DNA of 64,000 nucleotides from Nemertoderma westbladi (Eukaryota; Animalia; Xenacoelomorpha). The position numbers were made by a program, and so were the translations under genes. The notes beneath the pieces were generated by a model. The model made no database searches and was not told the origin of the DNA. It worked only from the letters and a program-made list of their open reading frames with translations. The stretch spans positions 168,144 through 232,143 of the forward strand of contig JAUCBJ010006329.1 of NCBI GenBank assembly GCA_032718475.1. The letters run 5' to 3'. Below, piece by piece: positions 43,401-53,004 of this stretch. Positions within the stretch are counted from its first letter, which is position 1, and each line of letters opens with the position of its first letter.

Positions 43401-46400
43401 GCTTTAATACTCATTATATTCATGAAATAGCTGAGATATTTGAGGTGAATTATTGCATTACATATTAACTTTGGCTCCAGCCGCTTTGGCAATACGATGA
43501 AACTATAATAAATATTCTAGAACACAACAATATTAACAGGGAGATTGGCTACTTATCTCTCCACTCTGAGAGCCTCAAAAAGGGGGTGTTCCGACGCAAT
43601 CAAATTTCATCCATCTCCAGGGGAAAGACGAAGCAAAGAATAGCTGATTTCTTCTATAAATGAAAGTGTTACCTGCTCTTTTGACTTTCATTTAAGATTC
43701 GCTATCTCATGGAGTGGGTTAGAAGTTATAAATATAAAAATTGATGTGGTTTTTTAAAAAAATCAAAGGATATTTTGATAAATTATTGCTGAAAAACCCC
43801 AAGGATTTTGACAGGGCTTTAATACTTCATTATGTTCATGAAATAGCTGAGATATTTGAGGTGAATTATTGCGTTACATATTAACTTTGGCTCCAGCCGC
43901 TTTGGCAATACGATGAAACTATACTAAATATTCTAGAACACAACAATATTAACATGGAGATAGGCTATTTATCTCTCCACTCAGACAGCCACAGATAGGG
44001 ATGGGTGTTTTGACACAATCAAAATTCAACCATCTCCAGGGGAAAGACGAAGCAAATAACAGCTGATTACTTCTATAAAGGAAAGTGTTACCTGTTCTTA
44101 TGACTTTCGTTTAAGATTCTCTATCTCGTGGAGTGGATTAGAAGTGATAAATATGAAAATCGATGTGGTTTTTGAAAAAAATTAGAGGATATTTTGATAA
44201 ATTATTGCTGAAAAACCCCAAGGATTTTGACATGGCTTTAATACTCATTATATTCATGAAATAGCTGAGATATTTGAGGTGAATTATTGCATTACATATT
44301 AACTTTGGCTCCAGCCGCTTTGGCAATACGATGAAACAATAATAAATATTCTAGAACACAACAATATTAACAGGGAGATAGGCTACTTATCTCTTCACTC
44401 TGAGAGCCTCAAAGAGGGGGTGTTCCGACGCAATCAAAATTCATCCATATCCAGGGGAAAGACGAAGCAAATAACAGCTGATTACTTCTATAAATGTAAG
44501 TGTTACCAGTTCTTTTGACTTTCATTTAAGATTCTTTATTTTGTGGAGTGGGTTAGAAGTCATGAATAAGAAAACCGATTTCGTTTTTTGTAAAAAATTT
44601 GAGGATATTTTGATAAATTATTGCTGAAAAACCCCAAGGATTTTGACATGGCTTTAATACTTCATTATGTTCATGAAAAAACTGAGATATTTGAGGTGAA
44701 TTAATGCATTACATAATAACTTTAACTCCAGCCACTTTAGCAATACGATGAAACTATAATAAATATTCTAGAACACAACAATATTAACATGGAGATAGGC
44801 TATTTATCTCTCCACTCAGACAGCCACAGATAGGGAGGGGTGTTTTGACACAATCAAAATTCAAACATCTCCAGGGGAAGACGAAGCAATTAATAGCTGA
44901 TAACTTCTATAAATGTAAGTGTTACCTGTTCTTTAGACTTTCGTTTAAGATTGTCGATCTCTTGGATTGGGTTAGAAGTCATGAATATGATAATCGATGT
45001 CGTTTTTAGTAAAAAATCAGAGGAGATTTTAATAAATTATTGCTGAAAAACACCAAGGATTTTGACAAGGATTTAATACTCATTATATTCATGAAATAGC
45101 AGAGATATTTGAGGTGAATTATTGCATTACATATTAACTTTGGCTCCAGCCGCTTTGGCAATACGATGAAACTATAATAAATATTCTAGAACACAACAAT
45201 ATTAACAGGGAGATAGGCTACTCATCTCTTCACTCTGACAGCCTCAAAAAGGGGGTGTTCCGACGCAATCAAAATTAATCCATCTCCAGGGGAAAGACGA
45301 AGCAAAGAATAGCTGATTACTTCTATAAATGTAAGTGTTACCTGTTCTTTAGACTTTCGTTTAAGATTGTCGATCTCTTGGATTGGGTTAGAAGTCATGA
45401 ATATGATAATCGATGTCGTTTTTAGTAAAAAATCAGAGGAGATTTTTATAAATTATTGCTGAAAAACACCAAGGATTTTGACAAGGATTTAATACTCATT
45501 ATATTCATGAAATAGCAGAGATATTTGAGGTGAATTATTGCATTACATATTAACTTTGGCTCCAGCCGCTTTGGCAATACGATGAAACTATAATAAATAT
45601 TCTAGAACACAACAATATTAACAGGGAGATAGGCTACTCATCTCTTCACTCTGACAGCCTCAAAAAGAGGGTGTTCCGACGCAATCAAAATTAATCCATC
45701 TCCAGGGGAAAGACGAAGCAAAGAACAGCTGATTACTTCTATAAATGTAAGTGTTACCTGTTCTTTTGACTTTCATTTAAGATTCGCTATCTCATTGAGT
45801 GGGTTAGAAGTTATAAATATAAAAATCGATGTGGTTTTTGAAAAAAATCAAAGGATATTTTGATTAATTATTGCTGAAAAACACCAAGGATTTTGACATG
45901 GCTTTAATACTTCATTATGTTCATGAAATAGCTGAGATATTTGAGGTGAATTATTGTATTACATATTAACTTCGGCTCCAGCCGCTTTGGCAATACGATG
46001 AAACTATAATAAATATTCTAGACCACAACAATATTAACAGGGAGATAGGCTACTTATCTCTTCACTCTGAGAGCCTCAAAAAGGGGGTGTTCCGACGCAA
46101 TCAAAATTCATCCATCTCCAGGGGAAAGACGAAGCAAATAACAGCTGATTACTTCTATAAATGTAAGTGTTACCTGTTCTTTTGACTTTCGATTTAAGAT
46201 TCTTTATCTTGTGGAGTGGGTTAGAAGTCATGAATATGAAAATCGATGTCGTTTTTTGTAAAAAATCGGAGGAGATTTTGATAAATTATTGCAGAAAAAC
46301 ACCAAGGATTTTGACATGGCTTTAATACTTCATTATGTTCATGAAATAGCTGAGATATTTGAGGTGAATTATTGCATTACATAATAACTTTAACTGCAGC

Positions 46401-46806
46401 CACTTTAGCAATACGATGAAACTATAATAAATATTCTAGAACACAACAATATTAACAGGGAGATAGGCTACTTATCTCTCCACTCTGAGTGCCTCAAAAA
46501 GGGGGTGTTCCGACGCTATCAAAATTTATCCATCTCCTGGGGAAAGACGAAGCAAAGAACAGCTGATTACTTCTATAAATGAAAGTGTTACCTGCTCTTT
46601 TGACTTTCATTTAAGATTCTTTATCTTTTGCAGTGGGTTAGAAGTCATGAATATGAAAAACGATGTCGTTTTTTTGTAAAAAATCTGAGGATATTTTGAT
46701 AAATTATTGCTGAAAAACCCCAAGGATTTTGACATGGCTTTAATACTTCATTATGTTCATGAAAAAACTGAGATATTTGAGGTGAATTATTGCATTACAT
46801 AATAAC
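16421..46806. repeat. ~415-bp tandem satellite, segment 2 (~73 monomers)
   Basis: Continuous head-to-tail monomers in the same orientation as segment 1. Confidence 0.98.
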
Positions 46807-47362
46807 TGTGACGGGATCCACAGAGGATCCCGATTTATCCGGTATTCGATTCACGCGTCGCGTCCCCGCCGTGTGTGTGTAAAAGGTAAAGAGTTATTGT
46901 TCGCTGTATAAAGTTCTCAGGTATAATAGTATAGTTGCATAAGTTCAATAGATAATGGTATAAATGAGGTAATAATATACAATGATGAAGTCTCAGATAC
47001 GGTAGGCACGACGACGGTAATTGAAGTACCGGTTCTACCCTAGCTAAACCGACCAACACAATGAGATAACTCAGATAACTGATTACTGTAAACTGGTTAT
47101 ATTGCATGGGTTGGCCTTGTTACTGTACCTAGCCGGTGCCTCCCTCCCATTGGCTAATATCCCTGTTGGCGCCCTTTGGAGTGTTTCCCTTCACTCAAGC
47201 TACTCTCTCTCGGTCAGGGGTGTGGCCCCTGACCCTTATTGTGTGTTTCTCCTTCCCATTTTATTGGGGTGGCACGAGATTGGGTAATCAACCTCGTGGC
47301 CCCCAATATTGCTTAACGGGTTACTTTATGGGTTTGTGTTAGCGGAATTGAATAAGCTAACA
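46807..47362 (-). mobile_element. Solo LTR copy 1 (556 bp, TG...CA, TSD ATAAC)
   Basis: Reads TGTGACGGGATCC...GAATAAGCTAACA, with ATAAC at 46802-46806 and 47363-47367. The reverse complement has the same termini as the LTR at 61207-61743. Confidence 0.92.
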
Positions 47363-48421
47363 ATAACTTTAACTCCAGCCACTTTAGCAATACGATGAAA
47401 CTATACTAAATATTCTAGAACACAACAATATTAACATGGAGATAGGCTATTTATCTCTCCACTCAGACAGCCACAGATAGGGAGGCGTGTTTTGACACAA
47501 TCAAAATTCAACCATCTCCAGGGGAAGACGAAGCAAATAACAGCTGATAACTTCTATAAATGTAAGTGTTACCTGTTTTTTGACTTTCGTTTAAGATTCT
47601 TTATCTTGTGGACTGGGATAGAAGTCATGAATATGAAAATCGATGTCGTTTTTTGTAAAAAATCGGGGGAGATTTTGATAAATTATTGCAGAAAAACACC
47701 AAGGATTTTGACATGGCTTTAATACTTCATTATGTTCATATTCTAGAACACAACAATATTAACAGGGAGATAGGCTACTTATCTCTTCACTCTGAGAACC
47801 TCAAAAACGGGGTGTTCCGACGCAATCAAATTTAATACATCTCCAGGGGAAAGACGAAGCAAAGAACAGCTGATTACTTCTATAAATGTAAGTGTTACCT
47901 GTTCTTTTGACTTTCATTTAAGATTCGCAACCTCATGGAGTGGGTTAGAAGTTATAAATATGAAGATCGATGTGGTTTTTGAAAAAAATCAAAGGATATT
48001 TTGATTAATTATTGCTGAAAAACACCAAGGATTTTGACATGGCTTTAATACTTCATTATGTTCATGAAATAGCTGAGAAATTTGAGGTGAATTGTTGCAT
48101 TATATATTAACTTCAGCTCCAGTCTCTTTGGCAATACGATGAAACTATAATAAATATTCTAGAACACAACAATATTAACAGGGAGATAGGCTACTTATCT
48201 CTTCACTCTGAGAGCCTCAAAAACGGGGTGTTCCTACGCAATCAAATTTCATCCATCTCCAGGGGAAAGACGAAGCAAATAACAGCTGATTACTTCTATA
48301 AATGTAAGTGTTACCTGTTCTTTTGACATTCATTTAAGATTCACTATCTCATGGAGTGGGTTAGATGTTATAAATATAAAAATTGATGTGGTTTTTGAAA
48401 AAAATCAAAGGATATTTTGAT
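47363..48421. repeat. ~415-bp satellite, segment 3 (one monomer has a ~90-bp deletion)
   Basis: Same monomer; junction TATGTTCAT|ATTCTAGAAC at ~47739. Confidence 0.95.
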
Positions 48422-48670
48422 TTATTACCCACCCAGAAGTTATTTGCCCGCTTTTTAATAGTAAGAAGCGGGTTTTCAACTCGGTTATTTTCCCGGAACC
48501 CGCTTTTCGCATGTTCAAAACAGTTGCTATGGATAAACAAGTACATTCCATAATAATACAATACAGTTTACTGTATTGTATTCACAATACAGTTAACATT
48601 GCGATTGTACTGTATGTGCTGTATGTGCTGGATGTACTGTATGTGTATGTGTATTCAGTCTTCATTTTTA

Positions 48671-48920
48671 TTCTAGAACTAATATTTGACATTTTGCCAG
48701 AAAGATACGTAGCTAGTAATTTTGATTTTGTGTTAGCTACTACTTTTTATTAGCTAGTGAAAAGAATTATAATTTAAAAATTTAACAGTCTTTTTTCTTG
48801 TAAAAAGGGCTTTTATTGTGAGGTTTCTGATTCTAGAACAAATATTTGACCTTCTGACAGTAAGATGGTAGCTAGTACTTTTGATTTTGTGTTAACTAAG
48901 ACTCTTTATTAGCTAGTAAA
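48671..48920 (+). repeat. Imperfect ~90-bp direct repeat in Crypton 5' non-coding region
   Basis: TTCTAGAAC.AATATTTGAC...GTAGCTAGTA.TTTTGATTTTGTGTTA...TTTATTAGCTAGT begins at 48671 and again at 48831. Confidence 0.8.
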
Positions 48921-49396
48921 AAAAATAACAAAAATAATATTTAATTTTCAACTATATATTTCTCTGGATGAAATTATGAGCTAACTACTAATGAGCTTTC
49001 TACTGTAGCTACTAGTTTTTAAACAAAATATTGGCGGATGTCAAAATACTTTTTACTATTCAGAAATGTAAATTGACAATTGTACTAAAATAAAAAACTG
49101 TCAAATAATTGGTCAAAAAGTGTGTACGCATTGCATTTTTATACTAGCTAGTTTTTAGGCTAGAGTTCGGTGCCCGTGTCAGCATTTTCATTTTATTCCA
49201 AAATGTATCTAGTTTACTAGTTTTAATGTTTGTGTAAAGTTCTCTAGAACATTTCGAAATATATATATTTTTTAATTATGTTCTAGAACATTTCGTAATA
49301 TATATGTATATATATTTTAATTATGTTCTAGAACAAATTTTTATTCGTTCTAGAATATTTTTTAAAAATTGTAAATTCTTAGATAAGGTTTACAAA

Positions 49397-51054
49397 ATGG
49401 ATACAAATTTCATAGACAGATTGTTCAATGAGATGGACACTTATAAGACAGAGGCGGTTGAGTACAATGACGCCATCTGTCTGGATGGTTATGACAATGG
49501 AGAATTTTTAACGCAGGCTACAATGGTTGAGGAGGACAATACCGATAGTTTCGATGGTGCTACAGACGCAATGCTGAGTCAGTTATCAATGATGGAAGAG
49601 GTTATTAGCGACAATTTCGATATTGCAACTGACGAAATGCTGAGTCAGATATCAATGGCCGAAGAAGATAATAACCTCAGTCAGGTATCAAAGGTCGAAG
49701 ATAACAATACCGACAATTTCGATGTCTCTACAGAAGTCGACATAAGACAGGTAGCAATGGAAGAGGTCTTAACAACAAAGGTCAATGATGGGACCACAGG
49801 TAAGAAGAGTCGTTTAGGATCTATCATTGCAGAGGATGAGTACTTACGTGAAAATCAAAATCCCAATACAGTCGAGTCTACGAAGCAGTCAATCTCAGCC
49901 TTCACGAAGTTCTTGCGTTTACGAAATCCACCAGTTAATAAAGATATCAAAGACCTAAATGTTAAGGAAATGGCATGTTACCTCAATGAGTTTATAATGC
50001 GGTACAATAAGAGTGAAGATGACGTTTTTGAAACAACTACTCTGAAGACTTACTATTATGGAATTATCAGACACTTTAAGGATGCTGGATTTGGAGATGT
50101 GTTAAAACAGGTAGAATTTGAGAAAACAAAAAAAATATTTGCTATGCGAATGGGTGAACTAAAGGCACAAGGTAAGGGAAATCTTGCGAATGCCAGCAGT
50201 GCCCTACCGAGGTATGATTTCAAATTAATGAAGAATAAGGGAGTTCTGGGTGTTGAAACACCAACGCAGCTACGAAACACCTTATACATGGTTCTACTTA
50301 CCCAGTTCGGGATGCGGCCAGGTTTGGAAATGAGGAACATGGAAGTCGGTGACGTCATCAAAAAGTGTTGCCCCGAGACAAAGAGAAACTTTTTAGTAAT
50401 GACAGAAAGAAGAACAAAGACACGGAATGGCCTAACCCAACCTCGACAATATAAAAATAAAGCGTGGGAATACCCGGAGGATAGGTCTGTGTGTCCAGTG
50501 TCCTTGCATGAACTCTATATTGCTAAACGATTTCCTAATGGAAAGGTAGTGTCCGAAGCACCTTATTGGGTCCGTCCTAAACCAGGCAATCCAAAGTCAG
50601 GCAAATCCCTTGGTTCTGCGACCAGCCAACAGGGAAGAACCACTTTGCAATAATATTTAAATCTATTGTCGAGACCGCCGATTTAAAGAGTGATGGACGT
50701 AAAATAACGCCTAACAGCTGCCGCAAGACTACAGCACAATCACTCGTAGACAATGATGTGCCTGTGAACTACGCACAGATGAAACTTGGCCATAAAAGCC
50801 TGTCCACGACGTCTAGTTATATCCGTCCTTCGGATGCTTCAAACCAGAAAATTAGCAACATTCTTTCCTCGGTGATGTCAGGTGGGGATAACGTACGAGC
50901 GGAGAAAGTCGCACATCACGAGGTTGATGCAGCTGCAACCAAGTCATTGAATTCAGTGCAGGTGGAAGCGAATCGGTTCAATGCACTCGACTTCAAATCG
51001 CTGTTTACCAATAACGTGATTGCAGGAGACATACACATAACTTTTACAAAATAA
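49397..51054 (+). pseudogene. Tyrosine recombinase (DUF3504/KCTD1-ZMYM-QRICH1-like, CryptonA/V type), split by one frameshift at ~50581-50610
   Basis: First frame: ELKAQGKGN, GVLGVETPTQL, FGMRPG (Arg), ERRTKT (Lys), CPV..LYIAKR, APYWVRP. The -1 frame continues PWFCDQPTGKNHF..KITPNSCRKT..LGHKS..TSSY and joins ORF 50758-51054. Likely start is ATG49397 (MDTNF). AATAAA overlaps the stop at 51050-51055. Confidence 0.88.
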
Positions 51055-51330
51055 ACAGTAGACACCTCGTAACAACCAACAACGTATCAGAAACTCTGAA
51101 GTAAATTGTTCAACAAATTGCTAAAATTAATTATATTACACTTCGAATATTATAGGGCCTACTTAAAATAATATACAGAAACATATTCATTGCCGTTAAA
51201 CAGATAGTTATTTTAAAAATATAGATAATTATTCTTCCCCCAAAAAACCAAGCCCCTTTTTTATGACCTGCCCCACCAACAAATCCCTCTTAGATTTGTT
51301 AATTAACCATGTCGGTGTGGAGTAGTTACG

Positions 51331-51500
51331 CGGGAAAATAACTGCTGGTTGGGTAATAACTCACTTATTACCCTAGTTTTGAGTTATTTTCCCGGTTATT
51401 TTGCCCTTGGAGCAGGATACCCTCGGGCCTGCGGCCCTTGGGTTGTATCCTGCTCCGCGGGCAAAATAACCGGGAAAATAACTCAAAACTAGGGTAATAA
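51331..51500. repeat. Crypton right-end inverted-repeat complex (left-end complement + 136-nt hairpin)
   Basis: 51331-51359 is the reverse complement of 48422-48450 (26/29). 51365-51406 and 51459-51500 form a perfect 42-bp IR; 51409-51420/51445-51456 form a perfect 12-bp IR; the apex is GGGCC-TGC-GGCCC. Confidence 0.95.
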
Positions 51501-51506
51501 ATACAG

Positions 51507-52448
51507 TAATTATTGCTGAAAAACACCAAGGATTTTGACATGGCTTTAATACTTTATTATGTTCATGAAATAGCTGAGATACTTGAGGTGAATTGTTGCA
51601 TTATATATTAACTTCAGCTCCAGTCTCTTTGGCAATACGATGAAACTATAATAAATATTCTAGAACACAACAATATTAACATGGAGATAGGCTATTTATC
51701 TCTCCACTCAGACAGCCACAGATAGGGATTTGTGTTTTGACACAATCAAAATTCAACCATCTCCAGGGGAAGACGAAGCAAATAACAGCTGATAACTTCT
51801 ATAAATGTAAGTGTTACCTGTTTTTTGACTTTCGTTTAAGATTCTTTATCTTGTGGACTGGGATAGAAGTCATGAATATGAAAATCGATGTCGTTTTTTG
51901 TAAAAAATCGGAGGAGATTTTGATAAATTATTGCAGAAAAACACCAAGGATTTTGACATGGCTTTAATACTTCATTATGTTCATGAAATAGCTGAGATAT
52001 TTGAGGTGAATTATTGCATTACATAATAACTTTAACTGCAGCCACATTAGCAATACGATGAAACTATAATAAATATTCTAGAACACAACAATATTAACAT
52101 GGAGATAGGCTACTTATCTCTCCACTCTGAGTGCCTCAAAAAGGGGGTGTTCCGACGCTATCAAAATTTATCCATCTCCTGGGGAAAGACGAAGCAAAGA
52201 ACAGCTGATTACTTCTATAAATGAAAGTGTTACCTGCTCTTTTGACTTTCATTTAAGATTCTTTATCTTTTGCAGTGGGTTAGAAGTCATGAATATGAAA
52301 AACGATGTCGTTTTTTTGTAAAAAATCTGAGGATATTTTGATAAATTATTGCTGAAAAACCCCAAGGATTTTGACATGGCTTTAATACTTCATTATGTTC
52401 ATGAAAAAACTGAGATATTTGAGGTGAATTATTGCATTACATAATAAC
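51507..52448. repeat. ~415-bp satellite, segment 4
   Basis: Monomer resumes in register after the Crypton. Confidence 0.95.
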
Positions 52449-53004
52449 TGTGACGGGATCCACAGAGGATCCCGATTTATCCGGTATTCGATTCACGCGT
52501 CGCGTCCCCGCCGTGTGTGTGTAAAAGGTAAAGAGTTATTGTTCGCTGTATAAAGTTCTCAGGTATAATAGTATAGTTGCATAAGTTCAATAGATAATGG
52601 TATAAATGAGGTAATAATATACAATGATGAAGTCTCAGATACGGTAGGCACGACGACGGTAATTGAAGTACCGGTTCTACCCTAGCTAAACCGACCAACA
52701 CAATGAGATAACTCAGATAACTGATTACTGTAAACTGGTTATATTGCATGGGTTGGCCTTGTTACTGTACCTAGCCGGTGCCTCCCTCCCATTGGCTAAT
52801 ATCCCTGTTGGCGCCCTTTGGAGTGTTTCCCTTCACTCAAGCTACTCTCTCTCGGTCAGGGGTGTGGCCCCTGACCCTTATTGTGTGTTTCTCCTTCCCA
52901 TTTTATTGGGGTGGCACGAGATTGGGTAATCAACCTCGTGGCCCCCAATATTGCTTAACGGCTTACTTTATGGGTTTGTGTTAGCGGAATTGAATAAGCT
53001 AACA
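52449..53004 (-). mobile_element. Solo LTR copy 2 (556 bp, TSD ATAAC)
   Basis: Near-identical to copy 1 (one substitution seen); same TSD and flanking monomer variants. Confidence 0.92.

Larger units (their letters stand above)
48422..51506 (+). mobile_element. Crypton-type tyrosine-recombinase DNA transposon (3085 bp, no TSD)
   Basis: Precisely interrupts satellite GATATTTTGAT^TAATTATTGC. Termini are TTATTACCC... and ...GGGTAATAA-ATACAG. Single YR gene and a 3' subterminal palindrome. Confidence 0.9.

Noticed and set aside
48511-48753. 80-aa hydrophobic ORF in the Crypton 5' region
   Set aside because: It arises from a TGTATGTGC-type simple repeat; there is no supporting motif.
49304-49396. 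Track start codon for the YR ORF
   Set aside because: It lies in an AT-rich tandem repeat and encodes low-information sequence; ATG49397 (context CAAAATGG) is more plausible.
48422-51506. Prophage/bacterial integrase, DIRS retrotransposon or Helitron
   Set aside because: The protein motifs are of the eukaryotic DUF3504/Crypton type. There is no RT, RNase H or Gag, no Rep/helicase and no TC...CTRR ends.
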